Assembly (NCBI GenBank): GCA_963667845.2
Contig: CAXXVL010000002.1
Span: forward strand, 608,001 to 672,000
DNA from: Smithellaceae bacterium
GTDB lineage: Bacteria; Desulfobacterota; Syntrophia; Syntrophales; Smithellaceae
DNA length: 64,000 bases
Direction of reading: 5' to 3'
Part shown: piece after piece, positions 21,025 to 29,940 of the stretch
How the letters are laid out: each line of letters opens with the position of its first letter
Position numbering within the stretch: position 1 is the first letter of the stretch
Program-made: the position numbers and the translations under genes
Notes under the pieces: generated by a model
What the model was told of the DNA's origin: nothing
What the model saw: only the letters and a program-made list of their open reading frames with translations
Databases searched by the model: none

Positions 21025-21060
21025 TCATGTTCATGGCGTGAACATGACTGTTAATAACAG
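21025..21060. promoter_or_regulatory. Palindromic operator upstream of the MarR gene
   Basis: TCATGTTCA-tggcg-TGAACATGA (21025-21047) followed by CTGTTA-a-TAACAG (21048-21060). Confidence 0.55.
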
Positions 21061-21089
21061 TTCTATGGTCAAAGTTCAAGGGAAAACAA

Positions 21090-21205
21090 ACTAGTTTTAA
21101 GTTTTAAGATTTAAGTTTTAAGTAAAATAGAAAGAAAAGATTGTTCTAGGTTCTAGGTTCTAGGTTCTAGGTTAAAAGAAACGAGTTTTAAGATTTAAGT
21201 CTAGT
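21090..21205. repeat. Composite heptamer arrays (TTTAAGN, TCTAGGT) with A-rich spacers
   Basis: (ttttaag)x4, (ttctagg)x4 and (tttaag)x2 blocks. Confidence 0.9.
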
Positions 21206-21206
21206 C

Positions 21207-21533
21207 TTAATTGTCCAGAAGTTTTCGCTGTAGTAGCGTTTGCATATCTCGGCGGCCATCAACGATTAGTAGGATGTAAACCTTGTCATCAATAATCCGG
21301 TAAATCAATCGGTAGGGTTTGAAAAAGACCTCGCGATATTCCCGAATACCTAAGACCGACAGTTCTCTTGGATAAACGCCACGCTCCGGATACTCAGACA
21401 AACGGCCGAAAACCTTTTCAATATTGGTTAACAGTTGGTCTGCTTTCCCCGGGGCATCATGAATGGCAACATATTGATAGATATCCTCAAGATCGCGTGC
21501 CGCATCAACCGTCAGTAAAACAGTGAATGACAT
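21207..21533 (-). CDS. RelE/ParE-family toxin
   Basis: AARDLEDIYQY, LSEYPERG, YREVFFKPYRLIYRI, DGRRDM. Confidence 0.9.
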   Translation of the reverse strand: MSFTVLLTVDAARDLEDIYQYVAIHDAPGKADQLLTNIEKVFGRLSEYPERGVYPRELSVLGIREYREVFFKPYRLIYRIIDDKVYILLIVDGRRDMQTLLQRKLLDN

Positions 21534-21808
21534 CAGCGATCGCTCCTGTTTTGACGCAGCCGCTCGATCACACTGGCTGCCGGTTCCAATTTGCCTTCTT
21601 CGATTTGGCGGTTGCCCAAGGCAAGAATCTTCAGAAGGGCCATCGTTTCCAATGTTTGTTCATAGCTTTCGATGTTCTGTATAACCACTTTGGCCTCGCC
21701 ATTCTGGGTGATGACAAGTGGTTCAATCTGCGTGCCCATATTGCGCACAATTTCAGCAGCGTGAGCCTTCAGATAGCTGATCGGTTTGATCTGACTTGAT
21801 AATTTCAT
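21533..21808 (-). CDS. Phd/YefM-family antitoxin
   Basis: IKPISYLKAHAAE, PLVITQNGEAKVV. ATG at 21808 follows GAGGTG, and the gene is coupled to the toxin. Confidence 0.9.
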   Translation of the reverse strand: MKLSSQIKPISYLKAHAAEIVRNMGTQIEPLVITQNGEAKVVIQNIESYEQTLETMALLKILALGNRQIEEGKLEPAASVIERLRQNRSDR

Positions 21809-21836
21809 TAGCACCTCTCTTTCTTGTATGAGACCA

Positions 21837-21866
21837 ATTATAGTCCATAAACAGGTCAACTGTCAA
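21837..21866 (-). promoter_or_regulatory. Sigma70 promoter of the TA operon
   Basis: Minus strand TTGACA-18 nt-TATAAT. The -10 box lies inside the imperfect palindrome GGACTATAATTGGTCT. Confidence 0.75.
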
Positions 21867-21872
21867 AGGAAA

Positions 21873-21961
21873 AAATAGTGGATAGTGGATAGAAAAAATA
21901 CAAACAAGTTTTAAGTACCGTAAAAAAACAGTTTTAAGTTTTAAGTAGTTAAGTTTTAAGT
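21873..21961. repeat. Composite heptamer arrays
   Basis: aaatagt ggatagt ggataga, then ttttaag ttttaag tagttaag ttttaag. Confidence 0.85.
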
Positions 21962-22000
21962 AAAAAACAATCCGTGTTAGGCTTTACGTAAAAGCAAATA

Positions 22001-22714
22001 CTACTGGATAAGGGCATGGATTATTTCGGGAGGGAGTTTTTTGATGCCGCGGAGGCTGTGGGCGTCGGTGCCGAAATGAGTGTAGATATTTTTTTGTTGG
22101 AGATATTTGGCTGCCTTCAACACTTCCGGACCATACCAGCCATCGAAACTGCCAAGGTTGCCCTGAAACGCACAGCCAAGCTCTTTCAAATAATCTAAAA
22201 GAGTGGGTTCGTACGGTTTGGCTCCCGAGATATTTTGCTTTGGCTTTATAAACCGCAACCAGGATGATGTTTCCTGCTTTTGCGGAATAGCCAAAAGACT
22301 GCATCGCTCGGGATGAGCAATCATCGGAATAAGGCGGCTGCATTTGATCCTGAACAATGTTTCTTCTATCAATTCCGCTGGCGCATGACTGGGAATCTCG
22401 ACCATGACGTATTGTGTTTCACCCATTGTTATGGGGTCTTTTAAGTAGTCAATCAGAAATTCATCAAGGTAATATTCACGGCCTGCCAAGATTTCCAGAT
22501 CGATGTTTTCCGCTTTGAGCCTCGACTGCAAATCCAATACGGCTGATCTGACGCTATCGTTATCCGCTTCGAAAGAACCTTTGATAAGGTGGGGTGCGCA
22601 ATAAACTGTTTTGAAGCCGGCATCCCGCAATCCCGCTGCCATTGCGACAGAATCCTCAATTTGGTCAGGTCCGTCGTCCAGGTTCGGTAGGAGGTGGCAG
22701 TGAAAGTCGATCAA
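22001..22714 (-). CDS. PHP-family tyrosine phosphatase (CpsB/CapC/YwqE)
   Basis: MIDFHCHLLPNLDDG, APH, IAHPER, GTDAH. Confidence 0.9.
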   Translation of the reverse strand: MIDFHCHLLPNLDDGPDQIEDSVAMAAGLRDAGFKTVYCAPHLIKGSFEADNDSVRSAVLDLQSRLKAENIDLEILAGREYYLDEFLIDYLKDPITMGETQYVMVEIPSHAPAELIEETLFRIKCSRLIPMIAHPERCSLLAIPQKQETSSWLRFIKPKQNISGAKPYEPTLLDYLKELGCAFQGNLGSFDGWYGPEVLKAAKYLQQKNIYTHFGTDAHSLRGIKKLPPEIIHALIQ

Positions 22715-22727
22715 GGAAAAAACACCA

Positions 22728-22767
22728 GTTTTAAGTAATTAAGATTTAAGTAGTTAAGTAATTAAGC
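22728..22767. repeat. 7/8-nt array overlapping the four-helix-bundle stop
   Basis: ttttaag taattaag atttaag tagttaag taattaagc. Confidence 0.85.
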
Positions 22768-23130
22768 CTTAGATTTAGATTTTGGCTTTAAAGATCTTAT
22801 TAGACCTTGGAGCATGGACGATATTTCCTTTAGTTCATCGACAAGTTCTTTCGCTTTGATGTTTTCGTAAATGCCGATTTGTTGGGCTATGTAAACTTGC
22901 GTACGCAATTCGCCAGCGGATCCCTTGGCAATGTGTAAAAAGCGAATATACTCAGTACTGCTATTTCTCTCGGCCCCTTCAGCAATATTGGACGCTATGG
23001 AAACGGCCGAACGCGTCATCTGGTCTTTCAGTCCATAATCACGGCAATTCTGCAGACTTTCATAAATTCTTACTGCCAACCTGCAAGCCCGCTTCCAAAC
23101 ATCTAACTCTTCAAAAGAATTGTAAGACAT
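22762..23130 (-). CDS. Four-helix-bundle protein (23S rRNA IVP / bAvd-like family)
   Basis: FEELDVWKRA, YGLKDQMTRSAVSIASNIAEG, RFLHIAKGSAGELRTQ. Confidence 0.92.
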   Translation of the reverse strand: MSYNSFEELDVWKRACRLAVRIYESLQNCRDYGLKDQMTRSAVSIASNIAEGAERNSSTEYIRFLHIAKGSAGELRTQVYIAQQIGIYENIKAKELVDELKEISSMLQGLIRSLKPKSKSKA

Positions 23131-23136
23131 AATAAA

Positions 23137-23246
23137 GTTTTAAGTAGTTAAGATTTAAGCAACAAGATTAAAATACTTTCACTGCGCCAACGTCTATAAC
23201 CCCGAAGGGGTTGTACTTAAAGCTTAATTACTTAAATCTTAAATCT
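23137..23246. repeat. Two oppositely oriented arrays around a GC hairpin
   Basis: ttttaag-type array 23137-23160, AACCCC-gaa-GGGGTT 23198-23212, cttaaa-type array 23216-23246. Confidence 0.85.
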
Positions 23247-23251
23247 TTTTT

Positions 23252-25699
23252 TTAACTACGATGCTTTGTCCACTTCTTTCGTAACTCTTTGGGGAGGTAT
23301 GATCTTAATTTTGTCAACCACGTGGCTTTCTTTTGTGATTTTGATTTTTCTTCGTCGGAGTAATAGCCGTACCCATAGCCGTACCCATAACCGTAGCTTT
23401 TGCCTTTACCGTAGCGGTAGTAGCGGCCGCCGTAGTAGCCGTAACTTTCTCCTTTTCCGGTCTTGTCGTTTATGACCAGACCCGCAACCGGGGCCTTGAT
23501 GTTGGACAGGGTCTCCCGCATGTGCTGAGCGGCTTTGATAGGCACCCTTCCTGCCTCCATGACTAAAATAACGATATCCGCAACCATGGTCAAAACGGGC
23601 GCGTCTGTGACGGCCAAAACCGGCGGGGCATCGATGATGATGTAATCGTAATTCTCCCGTTGAGTCAGCAAGAACTGGCGCATCGCTTCTGCACCAAGTA
23701 GTTCTGATGGATTGGGAGGGGTCGTTCCGGCGGTAATCAGGTCAAGACCGGAAATACCTGTGTTATGTTTGGCCTCGGCAAAGGTAATGTCCCCGGTCAA
23801 AAGCTCGCTTAGACCGGGGGTTTTGCCGTGGCCGAATTTATCATGAAGAGAGGAACGCCGAAGATCGCAATCAACTATAAGCACCCGGACGCCGGTCTGG
23901 GAAATAATGGCTGCCAGGTTGGAGGCAATGATGCTCTTTCCCTCGCCGGGAAACGAGCTGGTAACCAGCATGATCTTCTTCTCCCGGTTGATAGCCGAAA
24001 AATGGAGACTGGTGCGCAGTGAACGAAATGCTTCGGCAACCACTGACTTCGGCTCAAGCTGCGTGATCAGCTGCCCTGTGTCCGGAATACTGCCATCGCG
24101 TTTTGGTTCGCGGCTGGGAATGTGGGGGATAACGGCGAGCAGGGGGAGTCCCATCGCCCGCTTGGCCTCGTCAGCGTTCTTGATGGTGTCATCAAGGTAT
24201 TCCTGGAAAAAGGCCAGGCAAATTCCGAACCCTAGTCCAATGATCAAGCCCAAGAGAAGGTTCAGTGCTTTTTGGGGTTTGATCGGCCGAATGGGCGTAA
24301 TAGCCGGATCGACGATATCGATGTTGCTGATGGTGGAGGCTTTGGCAATACGCGCCTCCTCGTGCTTTTGAAGAAGAAAAGTATAGATGTCGGCGTTGAC
24401 CTTGGTGAGACGGGTAAGCCTAGCCAGGTCGCGCTCGACATCGGGAAGCGACCGCATTTGACCCTCATATCGCCCCAATTGCCGGGTAACTTCTTCTTCC
24501 TGTTTGGCAAGGTTCGCAAGACCTGTCTCTAAGACAGCCAGCATTTTCCGTTGCACCTCATCGATTTGACTCTGAACACTCTTCACCAACTGATGTGCTT
24601 CGGTATACTCGCTCATGAGCGCTCTCTTCTGCACGTCCAGTTCGGAAAGTTTCTGGGCAAGTCCCACCACTAGTGGATCATCCTTCATGACTCCCGGTGA
24701 ATAAACAACCCCTTTCTGAATAGCTCTCTTCAAGGCATCACGGGAAAATTCCATCTGTTTCTTTTGGAGGATGACTTCAGTCCGGCTCTTTTCCATTTGC
24801 GAAAGCTTATCGATCAGTGCCTGAGCCTCACCGTCAAGCTTGATAACGCCGGCACCGCTCTTGTAAGTTTGGAGGTTTTTCTCTGATGTGTCCAATTCTT
24901 TGCTCAACCCGTGGATCTGTTCATCGATGAAAGAGACGGTCCGGCTTGCTTCTTCGGCCTTGAAAACGACGGCCCGATCAAGATAGGCTTGGACGAGGGC
25001 GTTGACGATATCCCGCGCCAGGACGGGGTTGGTATTGGTATAAGAAGCACGGATGATGCCGGTCTGCCTGCCCTGTTCAATCACCTTGACGCTGTTTTGC
25101 AAATTTTCGGCAACATTATTAAACGGCAAAAGCGTCAGCTGGAAGCTATCTCCGATTTGGCCTTTGAGGTTACTTAAGAGAAGACTGAAGTTATTCTTCC
25201 TGATGGGGATGCCGGCTTTACCCTGCGCAATGAGATCATTGTTGTCGTCAATCACATCGAACGTATCTGCGCCAGTCATTTTGATCCGGTAAACCGGTTT
25301 CTTCGCCTTGGAGGTAAATTCCAGAATTTTAAATGTAAACCCTTCGGATGCTCCCTCAACGCGCCAGTCAAGGTGCAATCGCTCGACAACATTCTCAGCG
25401 CCGGTGCGTGACTTGAATATCTCAATCTCCGCGTTGACGGGGTTGCTGCTGTTGAGTGAAAGTTCACCCAGTATATTGCCCTTGCCTTTATCTTCCTTGA
25501 CGTGGAGGGATGAAGAAGCCTCATAAACCGGTTTCATAAGAAAGGTATAAAGGACAACGCCGATGAAGACGATGCAAAGAGCCACGGCAAAGGTCTTCCA
25601 ACGCCGGAGGATGACATTTATATAATTGAAGAGGTCGATTTCTTCCTCTCCTTGGGGACGTGGGGTCGGGTTCGGGGCTATGGGTGATGTTGGAATCAT
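23252..25699 (-). CDS. wzc: Wzc polysaccharide copolymerase/BY tyrosine kinase
   Basis: EEIDL start, two TM segments, EAFRSLRT, Walker A GEGKS, DCDLRR, IDAPP and a Tyr cluster YGYGYGYGYGYY. Confidence 0.93.
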   Translation of the reverse strand: MIPTSPIAPNPTPRPQGEEEIDLFNYINVILRRWKTFAVALCIVFIGVVLYTFLMKPVYEASSSLHVKEDKGKGNILGELSLNSSNPVNAEIEIFKSRTGAENVVERLHLDWRVEGASEGFTFKILEFTSKAKKPVYRIKMTGADTFDVIDDNNDLIAQGKAGIPIRKNNFSLLLSNLKGQIGDSFQLTLLPFNNVAENLQNSVKVIEQGRQTGIIRASYTNTNPVLARDIVNALVQAYLDRAVVFKAEEASRTVSFIDEQIHGLSKELDTSEKNLQTYKSGAGVIKLDGEAQALIDKLSQMEKSRTEVILQKKQMEFSRDALKRAIQKGVVYSPGVMKDDPLVVGLAQKLSELDVQKRALMSEYTEAHQLVKSVQSQIDEVQRKMLAVLETGLANLAKQEEEVTRQLGRYEGQMRSLPDVERDLARLTRLTKVNADIYTFLLQKHEEARIAKASTISNIDIVDPAITPIRPIKPQKALNLLLGLIIGLGFGICLAFFQEYLDDTIKNADEAKRAMGLPLLAVIPHIPSREPKRDGSIPDTGQLITQLEPKSVVAEAFRSLRTSLHFSAINREKKIMLVTSSFPGEGKSIIASNLAAIISQTGVRVLIVDCDLRRSSLHDKFGHGKTPGLSELLTGDITFAEAKHNTGISGLDLITAGTTPPNPSELLGAEAMRQFLLTQRENYDYIIIDAPPVLAVTDAPVLTMVADIVILVMEAGRVPIKAAQHMRETLSNIKAPVAGLVINDKTGKGESYGYYGGRYYRYGKGKSYGYGYGYGYGYYSDEEKSKSQKKATWLTKLRSYLPKELRKKWTKHRS

Positions 25700-25716
25700 G
25701 GAATCCTTAAACAACA

Positions 25717-25774
25717 GTTTTAAGTGTTAAGCTTTAAGTAAATAAAAACCAGTTTTAAGATTTAAGTTTTAAGC
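25717..25774. repeat. Heptamer arrays
   Basis: ttttaag tgttaag ctttaag ... ttttaag atttaag ttttaag. Confidence 0.85.
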
Positions 25775-25810
25775 AAAAAATATTTACCCTCATATGATTC
25801 ACTCTTTCTG

Positions 25811-26980
25811 CTAATTTCTAAAGAGGTATTTCATCTGGACGAAAGGCGAAAGGATCGCACCGAAGGCTTGAAGTGTGGGCAATACCTCGCTTACAGCTTC
25901 GTTCCAACTGGTCATCGCGCTCTTGGGGATATAAATGACATCGCCTTCGCAAAGCTCTACGGGCAGGGCATCTCCCCGGACAATCATATCCACATCAACC
26001 ACCATCAATTGACCTTTTGTTGTAGAAAGGGAGCGGATAAGGAAGACACGCCGGGCATGATAGCCTACTTCCTGAAAGCCGGCCATGGCGATGGCCTGCA
26101 AAAGATTAAGTCCTGATGGCGGAAGCGGTATAGATAATCCGGTTTTGCCCGCCCCGAAAACAAACACGACCTGGTTTTTATTGTCGGGCATAAAAATGGT
26201 ATCGCCCGGTTTAAGCCAAACGTTCTGCGCCTGATCAGCCCGCATCAGTAATTCGTAAACATCCACGGGTAAGACTTTTTTATCACGGATAATCCTAGCC
26301 GCTTTCGGATTGGCGGAGGCAAGATCGTATCCGCCACCCATGGCCAGCCCCTGAAGAACATTAAAGGGCCGATCCATGTAATAAACACCGGTGTTTTTAA
26401 ACTGGCCAAGAATATACAGAGGCTGGCTCTTGTAATCTGTCACTTCCACCACTACGGAAGGCTCTTGAAGGTATTGCATGAGTAGGCCTTGAATGTGGCT
26501 GCGTATCTGGGGCAGGGTGAGACCAGCAACCCGCACGAGCCCCAGGGAGGGAATCTGGATATAACCGCTACCATCTACACGACTGCCGCGTTGTGAGCCT
26601 GTAATTGTGCCAGTGACTCCACCCACGACAGTGAACAATCCAGGGGAATACTCCGGATGCCCGCTGACGGTGATCATAATGCTGTCATTAGGACCGACAA
26701 CATAATCAGCCGATGGCGGCGGTTCTTTAGGAGGCGGGATGGTCACTGTTTCCAGTTCGACAACCGGGCTCTTAACTTTAGGATTAAAGGATTGATTCGG
26801 GTCAGGCTTCTTTAAGCGTACTTCAGTTCCATTGCTGATGTCCTTTACGGTGCCAGCCACCAGATCCCGATTTCTTGCACAACCCATCGGCAGCAATACG
26901 GCAATCATCAAAAGACCTGCGAGTACAGAGCCGAAAATTTTTCGTTTTAAACCTATTATGTTTACTATTTTGTATCTCAT
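25811..26980 (-). CDS. wza: Wza-like polysaccharide export lipoprotein
   Basis: Lipobox LPMGC, YVVGPND, RVDGSGYIQIPSLG.VRVAGLT, SLBB domains and a C-terminal amphipathic helix. Confidence 0.85.
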   Translation of the reverse strand: MRYKIVNIIGLKRKIFGSVLAGLLMIAVLLPMGCARNRDLVAGTVKDISNGTEVRLKKPDPNQSFNPKVKSPVVELETVTIPPPKEPPPSADYVVGPNDSIMITVSGHPEYSPGLFTVVGGVTGTITGSQRGSRVDGSGYIQIPSLGLVRVAGLTLPQIRSHIQGLLMQYLQEPSVVVEVTDYKSQPLYILGQFKNTGVYYMDRPFNVLQGLAMGGGYDLASANPKAARIIRDKKVLPVDVYELLMRADQAQNVWLKPGDTIFMPDNKNQVVFVFGAGKTGLSIPLPPSGLNLLQAIAMAGFQEVGYHARRVFLIRSLSTTKGQLMVVDVDMIVRGDALPVELCEGDVIYIPKSAMTSWNEAVSEVLPTLQAFGAILSPFVQMKYLFRN

Positions 26981-27046
26981 GATATTCTCTTTAGGGTTAT
27001 TGTCTGATCCATAACAAATATTTTCAGGACAAACAAGGGATAAACG

Positions 27047-27178
27047 ATTAGGTTTTAAAGTTTTAAGTACAACTAAAAACCGTTTTAGGTGTTACGTGTT
27101 ACGTTTTACGGTAAAAGAAAAAACTAGCTTCTAGGTTCAAAAAAACTAGTTTTAAGTTTTAAGTGTTAAGTTTTAAGT
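27047..27178. repeat. Composite heptamer arrays (TTTAAGT, GTTACGT, TCTAGGT)
   Basis: Several 2-4-unit blocks separated by A-tracts. Confidence 0.85.
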
Positions 27179-27209
27179 CAAAAAGAAAAAAGATTTAAAT
27201 ACATTAACT

Positions 27210-27260
27210 TTAGTTCTTCATCTCGGCGGGGGGAATGATGCCGTTGTTTGTTAAGGTCAG
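27210..27260 (-). pseudogene. Diverged second copy of the last codons of the SLBB gene
   Basis: Encodes LTLTNNGIIPPAEMKN*, against the gene end LTLINNGIIPPNEMK* (27322-27369). Confidence 0.85.
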
Positions 27261-27261
27261 T

Positions 27262-27321
27262 AAATTAGTGGATAGTGAATGGTGTATGGTGGATAGTAAA
27301 AGATAGTTCTATGTTCTACGC
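27262..27321. repeat. Heptamer array
   Basis: aattagt ggatagt gaatggt gtatggt ggatagt ... agatagt tctatgt tctacgc. Confidence 0.85.
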
Positions 27322-28809
27322 TCACTTCATTTCGTTTGGCGGAATGATGCCGTTGTTTATTAAGGTCAGAACGATGTGGTGAATATTTTTAAGCCATGCG
27401 GGTTTGGTAATCTGTTCGGGCACGACAATGGTGTCGCCCTTTTCGATGATCTGGTTTGCCCGGCCGGAGCCGCCGATTTCCAGACGATTCCGTTTATTGT
27501 TCCAGGCAAAAAATGCCGCTGCCGGCTTGCGGATACTTCCGTCCGCCTTGATAACAAAAACGGCCGAATTGTCGGCTGACTTCGCATAACCTCCCGCAGC
27601 GGTGATATAGTCCTGATAAGATAACCGGCTTCTGAAGTCATATGATCCTTCGGCCTTCACTTCACCCATGACACGGACGGTGTCAGAGATGGGCGGGATA
27701 TCCAGATTGTCTCCATCTTCCAATTCTACATCCTGGAGTCCCCTCTTCTGTTTATCAGCATCTATGGTAGTGATCAAAACGCGTCCTGTGACCCGAAGGG
27801 TTTTGATCTGCTGAAGCATTTTCAATTTCAGTTCTTCGTTCGTTTTTTCATCACGGTCATCACCCGCATTCCCGGACTTGCCGATGGCAGCTGGATTCCG
27901 CTGCTGGAGTTCCCGTTCAATCCGGGCGGCCATTTGTTCGAGGCTTCTTTGCTGAAGCTTCCGCACCTGCTCTCTGCTAAATACTGCCGCCTGCAGCTGC
28001 GCCCCGGGCCTGTAACCGCCTGCCCTCCCGATTACGGAAGAGAGGCGCTCTTCTTTGGTGATAGGATATCTTCCGGGCAGCAGGATCTCACCGGACAGGC
28101 AAACCTCCGGCAAAATTCTTCCTTCGTCGAGCTGGTCTTTAACCACCAGCCGGTCATTGGGCCGCAGCGGCACATTGTGCGCCGGATTGCCGTCCAGCGC
28201 CTTCTTCAGATTGATGATCTTTCGATCCGTACTGCGTGATTTGTCCGCCCCGGATGCAAGGGGCAGAATTTCCGCCTGCTCCGGATAAGACGTCTTCAAG
28301 GTTCCCCCGCTCTGGCCGACGAGATCTCGAACGGTCATTGACTCCGTGAACGGGTAGGCTCCCGGCCTGGCAATTGCGCCGGCGATGAAAACGTCATGCG
28401 CTTTAACTTTTTCTTCCAAGACGCGCTCTCTTGCCGCTTTTTCCCGAACATTGTGGATGATGATCCGGTCTTGATCCAATAGAATAAGATTGTCGGTCAG
28501 GTCGCCTGATAAAGCATTTTCCACTTGAAAATAAATTGTGTAATAAACCTTCTGCCGTTTGTTGAAACGAATAATTTCCGCCTGACTCCGATCCGCATCT
28601 TTCGTCAAACCGCCCGCTGCCGCAATCGCGTTTTTAATGCGAACATTTTTTGTGAGAGGAAAACGGCCTGCCTTGAGGACTTCACCCTCCACTGTATAAT
28701 AAGGTTGGATGATTTCGGCCTCGCCTGACGGCAGCTGGGCCAAAGCATTACTTCCCCATGCGAAAATGAGGGCGAACAAAAAGGCGCAGATGAGTGAAAT
28801 ACGATTCAT
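27322..28809 (-). CDS. Periplasmic multi-SLBB polysaccharide export accessory protein
   Basis: Signal peptide and repeated V-x-G-E-V-x-x-x-G-x-[FY] ... AAAGG SLBB units. Confidence 0.8.
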   Translation of the reverse strand: MNRISLICAFLFALIFAWGSNALAQLPSGEAEIIQPYYTVEGEVLKAGRFPLTKNVRIKNAIAAAGGLTKDADRSQAEIIRFNKRQKVYYTIYFQVENALSGDLTDNLILLDQDRIIIHNVREKAARERVLEEKVKAHDVFIAGAIARPGAYPFTESMTVRDLVGQSGGTLKTSYPEQAEILPLASGADKSRSTDRKIINLKKALDGNPAHNVPLRPNDRLVVKDQLDEGRILPEVCLSGEILLPGRYPITKEERLSSVIGRAGGYRPGAQLQAAVFSREQVRKLQQRSLEQMAARIERELQQRNPAAIGKSGNAGDDRDEKTNEELKLKMLQQIKTLRVTGRVLITTIDADKQKRGLQDVELEDGDNLDIPPISDTVRVMGEVKAEGSYDFRSRLSYQDYITAAGGYAKSADNSAVFVIKADGSIRKPAAAFFAWNNKRNRLEIGGSGRANQIIEKGDTIVVPEQITKPAWLKNIHHIVLTLINNGIIPPNEMK

Positions 28810-28844
28810 TTTAAGTTTTAAGATTTAAGTTTTAAGTATTAAGT
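28810..28844. repeat. Heptamer array abutting the start codon
   Basis: tttaagt tttaaga tttaagt tttaagt attaagt. Confidence 0.9.
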
Positions 28845-28877
28845 AAAAAATAAAAACAATAAGAAAAGCAACAAATG

Positions 28878-28907
28878 CAGCTCCGCTCTTTGAGTTACAA
28901 AAGAGCG
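28878..28907 (-). promoter_or_regulatory. JUMPStart/ops-like leader motif, copy 2
   Basis: Minus strand GTAACTCAAAGAGCGGAGCTG, overlapping the hairpin CGCTCTTT...AAAGAGCG. Confidence 0.5.
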
Positions 28908-28989
28908 TTTATATACTATGGCCTTGATATCAAAAAATCGGGTCCATTAGACGCCAATTTTTCCCTAGTGCCTGCCTGCGAAAATAAGT

Positions 28990-29066
28990 TGTCATTTCGA
29001 AGAAACGAAGTGACTGAGAAATCTTTAGTATCTTTGAAAAGATTTCTCCCTGCGGTCGAAATGACA
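28990..29066. repeat. REP-like palindromic element
   Basis: Outer arms TGTCATTTCGA...TCGAAATGACA; inner arms GAGAAATCTTT...AAAGATTTCTC. Confidence 0.8.
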
Positions 29067-29322
29067 GACTGCTGACTTTTGCAAGTAGGTACTGGTATCC
29101 AATACTTGGTCTGTGACGTTTATCCGAATGATTCTTTTTTTGCAATGTTAAATAGAGAACGCTTCGGGCAGGCACTTACGGCAGACAGGCGCCTCACCAT
29201 TTAGTGATCAGAAGGGTATTTTGACCTTCGAAATAGTTTTTTAAGCAAGTGTTTTTTTGAGAATCGTCATTTAGTCGGGCATCCCACCCAACTGTTCTAT
29301 CGAAGAGTTTGGGAATTCTTTA

Positions 29323-29868
29323 TTATTGAAACGTCTGAGCCTCTCTGAATGGGGTACCCATGGCATCTTTGGCAGATAGAATAGGTGTTTCTTTTGTCGG
29401 CCAGGCAATCGCCAGATCAGTGTCGTTCCAAAGGATCGTCCGTTCCTGGGCAGCTGCCCAGTAGTCTGTAGTTTTATAGAGGAATTCCGCTGTATCGGAG
29501 AGAGCTAAGAAACCGTGAGCAAAGCCTTCAGGAATCCACATTTGCCGACAATTATCAGCGGAGAGCTCGAACCCTACCCAGCGGCCGAAAGTGGGAGATG
29601 ACCGGCGAATATCCACGGCCACATCAAACACAGCGCCGCGGACAACCCGCACCAGCTTTCCCTGGGGCTGTTGAATCTGATAGTGAAGACCGCGTAAAAC
29701 GTTCTTCACGGAATGGGAATGATTATCCTGAACAAAAGATTTAGACAGACCTGTCCTTTCCTGCCATAATTTTTGATTAAAGCTTTCGAAAAAGAATCCC
29801 CGCGCATCGCCGAAGACGCGCGGTTCAAGAATCAGAACATCCGGAATATCGGTTTTAATTATATTCAT
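29323..29868 (-). CDS. rmlC: dTDP-4-dehydrorhamnose 3,5-epimerase
   Basis: DARGFFFES, FVQDNHS, LRGLHYQ, QGKLVRV, GFAHGF. Confidence 0.97.
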   Translation of the reverse strand: MNIIKTDIPDVLILEPRVFGDARGFFFESFNQKLWQERTGLSKSFVQDNHSHSVKNVLRGLHYQIQQPQGKLVRVVRGAVFDVAVDIRRSSPTFGRWVGFELSADNCRQMWIPEGFAHGFLALSDTAEFLYKTTDYWAAAQERTILWNDTDLAIAWPTKETPILSAKDAMGTPFREAQTFQ

Positions 29869-29870
29869 AA

Positions 29871-29940
29871 GTTTAGTGGATGGTGGCCAGTGGATAGTGA
29901 ATAGTTCATCGTTAATAGTTTATAGCTCATAGGTTAGGGG
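29871..29940. repeat. Ten-unit heptamer array filling the rmlA-rmlC gap
   Basis: gtttagt ggatggt ggccagt ggatagt gaatagt tcatcgt taatagt ttatagc tcatagg ttagggg. Confidence 0.9.

Noticed and set aside
22762..23130. 23S rRNA intervening sequence
   Set aside because: No rRNA sequence flanks either four-helix-bundle gene.
23360..23445. TAGCCG/TACCCA repeats in wzc as part of the array system
   Set aside because: The 6-nt period simply encodes the normal Tyr-Gly phosphorylation cluster.
27210..27369. DGR template/variable repeat pair (Avd-like genes nearby)
   Set aside because: No reverse transcriptase in the window. The non-coding copy has no adenine at the differing positions, and the changes look like ordinary coding divergence.
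28930..29175. 81-aa ORF as an IS3-like integrase tail (KRHRPSIGYQ)
   Set aside because: The resemblance is too short and the ORF reads through a palindrome; unsupported without a search.
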